64,000 bases of DNA from Mustelus asterias (GCF_964213995.1 NC_135803.1:63426001-63490000), one strand, 5' to 3'; positions 25,262-36,784 are shown, numbered from the stretch's first letter. Numbers and translations: made by a program. Notes: a model not told the origin generated them from the letters alone.

Positions 25262-25614
25262 CTACAATGAAAAAGTGTTTGCACAGAAGTTGAAAAGATA
25301 CGGGAACAAAAAAGTTACCAATCACCAATACGTCACTGCAAACAAACTTTTCAGAACATTTTATTTCCAGGTATGCATGTTGTATTTTGTGGTGTTCTTT
25401 TCATAGTCTAACACTTGCATTCAGTAATTCAAAAATACCATCATCCAAGTAGAATAAAACGATGAGAACGTAACAGCAGCGGCTATGACACAGAAGTTTA
25501 ATTTAATAGCTATCAAGTGGTACTTAATGCCTTGCGTCACAGAGTATAAGAAACCTTAACCTGTGTTTTGGTAGTCTCAATGTTCTCTTCATGATTTACC
25601 TACCCAGTGTCCGC

Positions 25615-25987
25615 AATGATTTCCTCTGGCTGCTCCAGTTACTTCCCACAGTCCAATATGCAGATTAGGTGGATTGGCTATGCTAAATTGTCCTAGTGTC
25701 CAAAGGTGTGTAGCTTAGATGGATTAGCTATGGAAAATGCATGGAGTTACAGGGACAGTGTTTGTAAACAGAACTCCCACCTATCTGACGAAGGAGCAGC
25801 GCTCCGAAAGCTAGTGGCTTTTGCTACCAAATAAACCTGTTGGACTTTAACCTGGTGTTGTGAGACTTCTTACTGTGGTTACAGGGATAGGGCAGGGGAT
25901 GTGGACCTGGGTGAGATGCTCTTTGAGATTCGGTGCAGACCCAATGGGCTGAATGGTCTGCTTCCGAACTGTGGGATTCTATGATTC
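25615..25987 (+). mobile_element. Truncated HE1 SINE with an inserted Penelope terminus (~25759-25877)
   Basis: The SINE body is interrupted by a pLTR fragment flanked by GTTACAGGGA(C/T)AG on both sides. Confidence 0.85.
25781..25817 (+). ncRNA. Minimal type I hammerhead ribozyme motif (Penelope pLTR)
   Basis: CTAT-CTGACGA-A-GGAGC agc GCTCC-GAAA-GC-TA-GTGG. Confidence 0.7.
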
Positions 25988-26745
25988 TACCTATCTTTGT
26001 ATCATCAGCAAATTTGGCAATAATCCCTTCATCCAAATCATTTATATCAAGTTGAGGTCCCAGCACTGACCACTATCCCTTGTTACATTTTACTAACCTG
26101 AAAAAAAAATCTATTTAAACCATATTTTCCCTCCTGTGAGCCAGCTAATCTTCTATCCGTGTCAATTTGTTACCCTCTATAACATAGGCTTTTATTTTCC
26201 ACAATTACCTTTGATGTGGCACTTTACCAAATGCCTTGTGAAAATATCAGTACATCCACTGGTTCCCCTTTATTTACAGCACAGGTTACTTCCTCAAAAA
26301 ACTCCAATAAGCTGGCTAAACAGGATTTCCCCTTCACAAAACCATGTTGAATATGCCGAATTATCCTGAACTTACCCAAGTGTCCTGCTACAACTTCTTG
26401 AACAATAGCTTCTAACATTTCCCAGCAACAGGCATAAGGCTAACTGGCTTGTAGGTTTCCACTTTCTGCCTCCCTCCCTTTTTGAACAGAGTTACATTTG
26501 GTATCTTCCAATCGAATGGGACCATTCCCAAATTGAGCGCTTCAGAAAATTAAAACCAATGCATTATTTTATTAGACACTTTTCAACCCTTGGATAAAAT
26601 TCATCAGGGCACAGATGCACATCAGCCTGCAGCTCCAACAATGTACTCAGTACCACTTCTCTGGTAATAGTAATTTTGCTGAGTTCCTCCCACCCTTCCA
26701 TTTCCTAGAATATAGCTGCTTGAGATGTTACATGTATCCTCTATA
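25988..26745 (-). mobile_element. CR1 LINE RT fragment
   Basis: ORF 26224-26418 (QHGFVKGKSCL..LLEFFEEV) and ORF 25824-26066 (INDLDEGIIAKFADDTKIG). Confidence 0.88.
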
Positions 26746-26976
26746 GCAGCTTAGCAATGGATGCCAATGCTGAAAACAACCCTACTCCTGGCAGTTTCAT
26801 GTGCAGCACTTGCAGCAGGACCTGTGTATCAAGGGATGGCCTCCCCAGCCATCAAAGGTCCACCACGTGAAGACAGACACTCAATCCAAAATGAACTTGC
26901 TGGCTGCATATGTCTACCATCTTGCATAGATAAAGAAGTCATACACCTAGAGTTCTATGATACTGCTTATAGCTAC

Positions 26977-26993
26977 CTTATCAAATATAAATT
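26977..26993 (-). other. Candidate 17-nt microexon
   Basis: Acceptor TCTGCCCCTCACTGTAG, donor AAG|GTAGCT (weaker). Confidence 0.3.
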
Positions 26994-27058
26994 CTACAGT
27001 GAGGGGCAGAATGAGCATCCAGTTCAGTGTGAGGGGCAAACTGACCAATTTTAAAGGA

Positions 27059-27270
27059 GATTGTGGACTTGGAGACTTAGATGTCTACCCCCAAAGCTGC
27101 CATCACATCAGTTGCTTGCTACACAAATATCTGTTAATTGGGAAGACATTTCCAAATAAGTCAATAAAATAGGGCAGATCACTATTCCAGTATTAAGGCA
27201 TAGACGGTACTGCTTACACAATGTTACCAGGATCGTGAAAAGGCACTAGGTACCTGTCCTACGTGGAGTG
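27059..27270 (-). ncRNA. Candidate structured intronic RNA (H/ACA snoRNA-like)
   Basis: Three hand-foldable hairpins followed by ACA (27064-27062) plus 3 nt, ending 65 nt upstream of a 3' splice site. No canonical ANANNA H box and no family recognised. Confidence 0.25.
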
Positions 27271-27297
27271 TTTTCAGTTACAAAAAGGGAGAATTAC

Positions 27298-27311
27298 TTG
27301 TCTCAAATATC
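27298..27311 (-). other. Candidate 14-nt microexon
   Basis: Acceptor CTATCTATTTCTCAG, donor CAA|GTAATT. Confidence 0.35.
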
Positions 27312-27482
27312 CTGAGAAATAGATAGATTTAAGTGAAGTATGGTTGAATTACTATTCTCTCATGAATACAGTTCCATCATTAGTTGTGTCACTCTTTCAA
27401 AATATTTTGTTAACTATAATACCCCTAACAAACAGATTTTGTTTAGGGCCTGTTCGTGTTGTCGTTCAAAAGAATAACTCAC

Positions 27483-27518
27483 CAGGTCATAATTGTTTTG
27501 TTGCACACAGAGGGTAGG
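27483..27518 (-). other. Candidate 36-nt exon
   Basis: Acceptor TCTTTCTGTCCATAG, consensus donor CTG|GTGAGT. Confidence 0.5.
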
Positions 27519-27639
27519 CTATGGACAGAAAGACGCTTATACTCTAAGTGGAGGTACATAAGGACTGCCGTGGAAGTGAGCGAGAAAAAATTAAAGGGTA
27601 ATCGTGTTTTTTTCCCTCCAAATTCTGTATTTCACACGC

Positions 27640-28760
27640 GTTTTTGTGTTGTGCGTTGTGAAGACGAATGTTCGCAATTTGCAGCGAATACTGCCATCCC
27701 TCCCCAGCTGCCGCCATTACACACCCTTTCCTCCTCTCGCCGAGGCGGCGGCTCATGGCGGCGGCTCTTCAGCCACAAATGGCCAGCTCCCTAGCGCTGC
27801 GTGATTAAAAACAATCTAAAACAACCAACAACGAGAAAAGCGACAGGACACGCTTCCTACAGATAAATCTCGGTTGTCTTCAAGCTTTCACAAAATAAGC
27901 TAACGCCTACCATGTCCTCGCCTCTCTTTCTTTCATGTTTGTTTTTTTTTCCCCCCTATAAAAAAGCAGCCGGATCACCAGCGCCGCCCCAATGACCGCC
28001 GATCCTTCCTTTTATAGACGGTTCCAGAGCTCAACGTCATGACGCGCCCATCCTCGTGATCGCACTGCGTGCGCGCGAGGGAAAGAATGCGCGGGCGCGA
28101 TACGCGCCGCCGCCCCCCTCCTCACCCCGCCCTCCCTCCCCGAACCCAACCCAGCAGCGCGCGCATCGCGCCGCCCCCCCAAACCCAACCCAGCAGCGCG
28201 CGCGCCCGCGATATCTTTTCAACGGTCGCTCGCTAGCCCGCTCGCGCGCGCGCGCGGGAGAGCACAGGCAGCGGATGGTGGCCGCCAGAGGGCAATCTTT
28301 GTCTGGATTTGCATTGCGCCATTCGATTGTGGAAAATGCCACCAGATGGCGGCTTAGGATTGTTCGTCCTGTGAAGACGCGGTGTTAACTATTCCCATTT
28401 TTAATTTAATCAATTTTAAAACTCGATATTTCCTCACGTAGTCGAACGGAAAGTGAAAATCGGTTCCAAAATGGGCAGGAGCGGTCAGTATTTTTGAACT
28501 TTTGTTCTATTTTTTAAGTGAAAAAAGGCGACCGAAGTGCGGATCTAAGATGGAGGACGGGAGTCGGATCGTGTGCGTTTGGGGGAGGGGAGCGGGAAAT
28601 GTGGTTTCAGTTCGAGTTCACCTCTTTTAAAAAGACTTTCTTTTCCTTGTTTATTTCGTGTTTTTAAACTGCCCTCTGCCTTTTAAGTGGCGAAATTTAA
28701 ATTAAAGTTTTATTTTCGGCGGAATGTTGATTTTGAACGTTTGCGAGTCACTTCATTGCA
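27640..28760. promoter_or_regulatory. CpG island / probable bidirectional promoter
   Basis: The only non-TE CpG-dense region in the window, with (CG)n runs at 28060-28260. YY1-type motifs GCCGCCAT/ATGGCGGC at ~27710, ~27755 and ~28346. CGTCATGACG palindrome at ~28035. TATAAAA on both strands. Confidence 0.85.
27911..27990 (-). other. Candidate first exon of the minus-strand transcript
   Basis: Lies downstream of minus-strand TATAAAAG (28016-28009) and ends ATG|GTAGGC. An upstream ATG at 27936 gives MKEREART. Confidence 0.45.
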
Positions 28761-31301
28761 CGTCAATATTAAAAAAGAGGTTAAAACACAAATGTTGTTT
28801 AATTGCCAAGCAGACGAAGGACGTGCAGGGATACAAAGGCAAGCCTGAGTGGGAAGCTGGAGTGTGTGCCTTTTCTCTCAGCTCGCTATTTTTGTTTGAT
28901 GATGAAGCCACCGTTTGTAAATAAACGACTAATACTTGTTGGATTTTGATATATTGGAAAGTGAAGTTAATTTGGTAAACAAGGAAAAACCGGTTTGTAG
29001 CCTTCAGTATCTGATCTCACGGTTTTTTTTGTTATTACACTATTCTGAGTGGAGTCAGGTGACGACATGCTGATGATGACTGTCCTTGGTTTTTCTCACG
29101 CAATCCATCCGCCCAGCAGCCAGTTTTACAAGTACAAGGGAGTGAGATTCTTAACGAATTTGTATTATTTCAGGTGGGGGAAGGGTGAAATTTCCTGTTG
29201 TTTTCATTAAACCATCGTCTGTCTGTTTGACAATGTTAAATCGGTAGTGTATTTAGCCTTATAAAAAAAGAAAGCTTGTACATGTTTCAGTTGTAAAAGC
29301 ATATATAGGTGAGATTTGTTTACAAAAGGCGCTGGCTCAATGGTATCAAACGGAGGTCTAGGTTACTGGAAAATCTGGGCAAAGTGCAGGAACTTGTCTG
29401 CCATTTAAATTATCAAAACACGAAATTTGTGTGTTCAGCTACGCACATGTTTAAATATACAAACAAATCTTGGACGTGGTAAATGTAAATATTAGAACAG
29501 TAAGATGAAGGGATGGTCCAAATTTGAAGCAATTCAAAATATAATGCTCAACTTACAATTTGAAAGTGCCTCAATTTTTGTTTTCTGAGGAATGGGAGCA
29601 TTTTACATCAGTGTCTAATCTAATTACATAAATTGTTTGTGTAGAGGATGGACAATATTTTATAGTTGCATAATAAGAATGATGAAATATTTGAATTTAT
29701 AGATTTATTGAAGATTTGAAGAGATTGGTCTGTTAATGCTATCCAGCAAGAAGTGGAAAGGAATAATGTAAAGTAAATCTGTTGTGTGGTGGTGTTTCAT
29801 ATAAGAATATATTTGGAAATCCAAGCTTATTTGCATTCCTGATTTCCTTTCATGCTACTTGTTGAGTGTTGGAAAAAGTCTTATGGCAGCATAGGGGATT
29901 TTGATCAGTTAAACCAAAACAAAATTATTGTTTTTGAGATGAGGCATGAGTATGTGTAGTGTATCAGGGACACAATACTTGCAGCTATATTGTAAGTACT
30001 AAATTATGTAGATATCAATGTTTGTTTCCTCTTTTCCCAAAAGTAAAATGGGTTGCGGGAAGGAAGTGACTACTGTATTGGATATAATAAGTATATGCTT
30101 GGGATTAATTTTGGCCTTGGATAATGTTTATCCACTTAAGATGGTTTATTTGATTAGTATTTTATGACCATAAATTAATTTCAATGTATCCTCCTTTAGA
30201 TTGAGCTGCGTGAAAGACTGCCCTGAAATATTTAGACCTAGGCAGAACTCAGATCAGAATTTTCCACGTGGTCCTTTTGCTTGGTATCTATAATGTGAAA
30301 AAATCCATTCAAAGTAATTGAGTTTTGGAGACAAAATAAGTACCTGGATATATGCCCCTTTTAAGATGTTAACTGCATATTTTATCAAATGTTGACAGAA
30401 TTCCTCACTTCATTGCTGAACAAACCCAAGTGTGGAACTCTTGTTATGCATGCTGCTTACCAATACAGAGAGACTTTTCAATAATGCTCTTGTATTTTCG
30501 GTAATATTCCTGTGCCAACTTGTTGATGTTTGTTGTATAATTGTGCTGTCAAATAACATTATGTATAGTGAGTTAAATGTAGATTTAAGGGTCAAAAGGT
30601 TGATTGCCTCAGTAGGAATTGTTGGCTGAGCAGTTCAGCTGACCCAGGAAGTGAGGTGGGATAAAACTGGTGTTGAGTTGTTCATGAATTACAATTGTGT
30701 ACATTATGCAATAGGAGTTATTATGCCTATTGTATGAAATACTGTAGAGTTAGCCATTTTATTTTGTTCTAGGAATCAGCCATTCCCAGGATGTTTATTG
30801 CTTGAACATCACTATATTGGCAAACAGAATATTTTCCCTTTGTTTAGAAGCTTAAACAGGCTACTCTGAGCTGATGGCAAAGTCTTAGTCGTTGTGTATG
30901 AAGTTTAACTGGATCTAACAAATCTAGTCTTTGTGACCGATGCCAGATAAAATAGACTGTATGATACCTCAAACAAAAAAATTATGCTTCTATGCTAGGA
31001 AAGCTTTTGCTTATTTTCTGATATCACTGAATAGTTCTTCCACATCTTTGTTCTCTTGTGTGATGTAGAATTTTATATAATAAAAATCTCTATGACTGCA
31101 TTGGGCTTTTCAGTGTGGACCAAAATCTTCAAGTTAACAAGTGCGAGACTAGATCTGTGGCAGGTATAATTTGGTCCCAGAAATATTATACCAACTTCAG
31201 TTGCAAGGTAAACAATGCAACTTCTTTGAATAGAGTCAGGTGTAATTCTGTTTTTTTTTCTTTATTGGAGTAATTGGAGGCCATTTGGAATTTATGAACC
31301 C

Positions 31302-31614
31302 GGACAGCACGGTGGTTACCGCTGCTGCCCCAGTGCCAGGGACCCAGGTTCAATTCCGGCTTCGGGTCACTGTGTGGAGTTTGTACATTTTCCCCGTGTC
31401 TGCATGGGTTTCCTCCGGGTGCTCCGGTTTCCTCCCACAGTCCAAAGATGTGCGGGGTAGCTTGATTGGTCATGCTAAATTGACCCTAGTGTCAGGGGAT
31501 TAACGGGGTAAATATGTGAGATTACGGGAATAGGGCCGGGGTGGGATTGTGGTCGGTGCAGACTCGATGGGTCAAATGGCCTCCTTAGGGATTCTATGTA
31601 GGGATTCTATGATT
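31302..31614 (+). mobile_element. HE1 SINE
   Basis: HE1 head and body with GGATTCTATG tail repeats. Confidence 0.92.
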
Positions 31615-32702
31615 CAAATAGTGATATTTCTCGAGAGTATTGGCCAATAGAACAACCAGACATGCAACTTCAGATCAAGGTACTCATTGCAGGAAATTGC
31701 TTCATGATTGTTGGTATTATTGTGGCTCCAGGAACAAAATAGTTTTTGTTTCTTTGAATTGGCTGTGTGACTGTAGCCTGCTTGAGCTCAATGTTGGTGG
31801 AAAAGGAAGAACTCTTTTTTTGCAACCATGGTTACTAATGCAAGTGTTTCACTTGTAACCAGTTCAAATTTCAAGCAAAAAATGTTTAATCGGTGCATGT
31901 CGTTAGTCATTTCTGAAATGTACAAAAGCAACTTGTATTTATAAATTGCCTTTAATACAATTAAATATTCCAAGGGCTTCACAGGAGAACTGTTAAAGTA
32001 AATATAACACCAAGCCACTTAAAGATATTCAGTTAGATGTCCAAAAGCTTGGTCATAAAAGTAGGTTTCAAGGAGTGCCTCAGAAGAGGAAAGGGTGGTG
32101 TTGGGAGGGAATTCCAGAGCTTGGCAACTGAAAACACGGTCATCAGTGGTGGAGCAATTAAAATTAGGAACGTTTAAGAGGCCAGAATTAGATGAGCACA
32201 GATATCTTGGGTTGTTGAATTCAAAAACAACCCAAGTAAAATATTTACATGTCTGTAAAAGCTACATAAAAAGCAGTGCAGCCAGTTAATTGATGTGCAA
32301 ATGTTTGTACCTCATTTCAAATGCATTACTATGGCTATGTTAAGGCCCCGTGACAGAATTATAAGTCTGAAACAAAATCAGAGAATGCTGAAAAACCTTC
32401 AACAGGGTAATCACCATCTCTGGAGAAGAAATGGCAAGTGTTAGAAATGTTTCTGGTATTTTCTGTTTTTGCTTCATAAGCGTCTGCTTTTTCCAGTCCC
32501 GAACCATGCATTTGTCCACTATTCTCCAACTGTTTTCATTTCTGATTTCCTCCAACACAATGGAGAAACAGTTTGTTGAGAGGACCAACTAAGAGTCTTT
32601 CTTAAAGGCAGGTTCACAGCACTGGAATAAATTTAAAACAAAAATTCTTGTCATTAAAAATGGAAATATTTGGCAGGTATGGAATCATCTGCAGGAAAAG
32701 AA

Positions 32703-32740
32703 GAGGTAACGTTTCGGGTTGATGACCTTTCATCAGAAGT
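32703..32740 (-). ncRNA. Hammerhead-like motif in a second Penelope-derived repeat family
   Basis: Minus strand CTGATGA-A-AGGT catca ACCC-GAAA-CG-TTA. Stem II imperfect, stem I weak. Confidence 0.5.
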
Positions 32741-33571
32741 TCCTGTCTTTTTAATGTTTTCTTCGTTGACAATGAAATAAATGCTCCATTCAAAACTTGG
32801 GATGGTTATTTTGCATATCTAAAAAAACTGAACAATACCTCTGGAAAGAAACTATGTGCTATCTGGACTGCTGTTTTTTGGTCTGGCTCTGAACAGTTAG
32901 AACCCATTGGAATAGGGAACTTGAATGTTAAAGAAAGGAATTACATTCATTACAAAAATCGATGATGGAAATGTCATATTTTAATATACATTAATCAGTT
33001 ATCCAGGGTAGTTATTCAAAGTAGACTGAAATGTTATATGCTGTAATTTTTTTTAATTGCATAGTGCAAGTGCATAACCTGGCAGCAAATTTAGTGTTTC
33101 CAAAATCCAAAAATCTTCTCGTTGTGCATTCTGTGCTTCAGCATGATCCAGCCCATGAAGGATGGAGCACTGCCAATGTCGGTATAATATAGATATCCAA
33201 ATGATTAATTTTATGGCCAGGTTAATAATGGAACAGTCCATATTATACAGAGGTTGTCTTGAACATTTAACAGTGAAGTAATTATCAGATATGTATGTGT
33301 GGCCTGACAGAAGTACATTAGAAGAAGCCAATGCCATTCCATTGTATCACATAACCAATACATTGTAGTTATTTAAAAAAAATAAACTATTCATCAGTAA
33401 ACATCTCTGGTGCATCAATTGCAGGAAGCAGATTTTGTGTTTGACAAACTCATGGTTTTTGTTGAACCCCTAATAGCTTGTCCTCATGCCCAAGAATAAT
33501 TGTCTCCAAATATAATTAAATATGTGCATCCTTCTAATTCATTGTACCACTGTGCCATCAGCGGTTAGGCA

Positions 33572-33817
33572 ACACCAGGGTCCTGGGTTCGATTCCCGGC
33601 TTGGGTCACTGTCTGTGTGGAGTTTGCATGTTCTCCCCGTATCTGCATGGATTTCCTCCGGGTGCTAGTCCAAAGATGTGCAGATTAGATGAATTCGCCA
33701 TGCTAAATTCTCCCTCAGTGTACCCAAACAGGTGCCGGAGTGTGGCGACGAGGGGATTTTCACAGTGACTTCATTGCAGAGTGAATGTAAGCTTACAAAC
33801 TGACAAATAAATAATAA
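33572..33817 (+). mobile_element. SINE (HE1-type head, second tail type)
   Basis: GGGTTCGATTCCCGG B box. Tail GGGGATTTTCACAGT...AATAAATAATAAAT. Confidence 0.88.
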
Positions 33818-34483
33818 ATTCTGGCTTCTGCAGTATCCCAGGTTTTATTCACTCCACTGTAGGTGGCTGTGCCTTCAATTGCCTAAATCCGAAATGCTGG
33901 AATGCCCTCGGTGCCTCATTACGCCATTCTGCCTCTCCATCTTTCATCTTTTAAAAAACTCTTTAAAACTTATCTCTTTGACAAACATTTGGTCATCTCA
34001 TAATATCTGCTTCTGTGGTTTGGTGTCAGTTTTAATTTATAATGCTTCTGTGAAGCAGCTTGGGATGTTTTATTGTGATAAAAGCACAATATAAAATAAG
34101 ACCCGTTAATTGAAAATTAAATGGGATAGCTCAACTTTTCTATTTTTCTCTATTACTTCAGAATTTTATTTGTAATTTTTCAATATCATTAACAATATGC
34201 TTATTTCAAATTGATCGCAGCACACTTAGTATGGCATTGGACATTAGTCTGCAGAGTATTTTTTAACTTTTGGGGAGGTACTGTGGCCTCAACTGCTCCC
34301 ACCATAGTCTGTCAAAGAAAGTGGCAATTACACACAACTTGCATGGATGAAGTTTGGTAATTAGTTTCCTACGTGTTTATGTTAAAATATAGCCCTGGTC
34401 ACTGTACTTTTACAAAATTAAATACATTGACTATAATAGTAGACAATGCATTCACTGTCTGCATGCTTAACCTCCTCTTGCAG

Positions 34484-34495
34484 AGTGTCAAATAG
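34484..34495 (+). other. Candidate 12-nt microexon
   Basis: TGCATG-CTTAAC(branch)-CTCCTCTTGCAG | AGTGTCAAATAG | GTATGT. Confidence 0.35.
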
Positions 34496-35468
34496 GTATG
34501 TTTTTTTGGGCACCAATCCAATTTGTTTCAAAATATTTGCACTATGATTTTGTTCAATGTTTTAGTACAATACTAGTTTATAGAGTGCAATGGATGGACG
34601 TAATTGATTATTTAACACAGTCCGACCCACCCAACAAGCTGAACATTTGTGAGAGGTTCTGTTCTATTTGCCTGTTTAGATGGAATATTTGGATGTGCCT
34701 GGTAAACCCTGAAACCAGTACTGTTTGGCTGTTAGGGAAGCTGTTTGTCGATTTCAAAATCCTTGGGAATTTGTGTGTGTTCTCACTCCTTCACCAAATA
34801 AAAATCTGTCTGGTTCCTTGTTTAAGTAAATCCATGCTTTGAAAAAGTCCAAGTCGAGTTCTTCCCTTCCCCCACTCTTAAGAGGTTCAAATGTGTGGCT
34901 TTAACTGGCAGTATTCTGTTTGCAACTATGCAATAACAATGTTGAAGTTCAAAACCTGACTCTATAAAACTAAATACAACCCAAGAATTTATAAAGAAAG
35001 TCAATTAGTTTAAACTATGCATTGTTTGATATCCATTGTATTGTGGATGCTTTATATAGACACCAAATGATTAAGTATATGTTTTAGTTCATCAGCTTTA
35101 TATATCTGTTGAATGTAGAACATTTTGAGAATGTCATTCTGTAATACATGGGTTTCAACATCCATATAAAGTTGATATATTTTCTGAAATAACTAATATT
35201 TTAATTAAAGTAATCAGTGATTGGATTGTGAAAATTACATTAGAACAATATTTTAGGAATTGGTAACTGTCTTAATGAAGGGAAACATTTAAAGATCTGA
35301 TCTAATATATAAAGTCAAAATGTTTTGTAAATGGTTTGTGGTATGGCTGTTTTCTGGAGAAGTGTTGCATTCTTCTGTCATTTTTTTCCAAAATCTTCAA
35401 CTTTAAAAATTGCAGCCTGGACAATAGTTTTCACATCTCAATGAAAAAAAGTTGTGGTTCAATTAATC

Positions 35469-36680
35469 TGTTATGATCTGGTTAGGGACTGGTGAATTTT
35501 TGTTTAAAGGAGACAAAATTTGAAATCCCTATTACCTACTTGGAGAATAAAAACACAAAATTCCATAGTATCAAATAAAATAACCTTTACTTTCCAAAGT
35601 CAGAAAGTAAAATAATCTACAATATCTCATAATTTATATTTGTGGCATACAACATTCAGAATTAACAGGTAAATTAACACCGCATTGCACATTACATGAT
35701 AGATGTGACTGAGACAGATCCTATGGATTTCTTAGCAACCCATTCAGGTGTCAGTGACCACTGAGAGTCACAATCTCAATCCCTGATGAGGGATTTCAAC
35801 TCTCTATTTTCGAAGATCTACATCTGAATTCCCTCCAAAAGCTGCTTCGACTTGGACTGCCTCAACAACTGCTCACCTCCTGATGGTTCGGTTGCATCTC
35901 TTGAAACTTTATTCCACAGGATTTGCAAAGCAGTACTCCCACCTCTAATTAATAGCACACTTCTAAATCTCTCAAACTGTTAATTTACTAAGCTGGGACA
36001 CCCCCTGGGTTTCTCTGAACTCCAGTCTCCCGGCCACTCTGAGCTATAAATAGCTCCCAGGGCTTCTGAGCCGTAACATTCTCCGGCATGGAGGCAGTGA
36101 CCTTCTGCCACGGTCCTAAACTCCCCCGCACTTTCCTTGAGCCATAAATGCACCAAACAGCTCTTAGGGATTTCTCTATATGCTGCAAACCATATGAGGT
36201 CCAAATTACAACTTTCAGCTGCACTGAATGACTCATAGGACTTTTTCTCTGAGCCCTAACAGCTAAGAGCCTGAAAATAGTAACACCTCTTAAGTATCCA
36301 ACCTCTTCTCCTGCTGAAGAACCCTCAAATAAATTGAAACTTTCTTAAGCTCCATGCATCTCTATAACAATGTAGCCTTTCAAGGTTCACTGAACACTTT
36401 TAAACTAACCTAGATCTAACTTCCAAAGCAAGACATTTCTTTGGGCTGCACTTCTTTGCAAGCAATGTAGACATCACGTCTCCAGCTAAGTAAGCCCACT
36501 GGCTGATATTGGACTTTACTGCCTGTTGATCTCTTAAGTCAACATAGCCCCAACCTTTCAAGTGTATTAGACTCCAAGTTGCTTCAGTTGCATTTATCCC
36601 ATTTTCTATAGGTGAACTTTAACCTTCCCAGAACTAAACATTACCTCTAAAATATTAACATGAACTAGATATTCACCGCA
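35469..36680. mobile_element. Solo LTR, 1212 bp, TG...CA, 4-bp TSD AATC
   Basis: Starts TGTTATGATC and ends TTCACCGCA. AATC at 35465-35468 and 36681-36684. Confidence 0.75.
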
Positions 36681-36784
36681 AATCAGATATTCTGACAATA
36701 TTACACTGGTCTATCTATCAGGCATTTTAAATCCTCATATGTGTGCCTATTTTTCAGTTGGTAAATGTATTTTATTTTAAACAG

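Noticed and set aside
25319-25335. Additional 17-nt minus-strand microexon (TTTGCAG|...|GTAACT)
   Set aside because: It would leave a 57-nt intron to the next exon, shorter than typical vertebrate introns.
27076-27085. GACATCTAAG (minus strand) complementary to an 18S rRNA segment
   Set aside because: A 10-nt match is expected by chance against rRNA, and there is no adjacent D box or pseudouridylation pocket.
27544-27756. ORF with a perfect Kozak-like GCCGCCGCCATG
   Set aside because: The motif is equally a YY1 site in the presumptive first intron, and the peptide is unrecognisable.
27911-27913. ATG-only first coding exon as in alpha-tubulin, calmodulin or H2A.Z genes
   Set aside because: No matching downstream coding exons were found on the minus strand within the window.
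28890-29090. TGATGA C-box-like motifs on the plus strand
   Set aside because: No convincing terminal stem with a D box, and no recognisable guide sequence.
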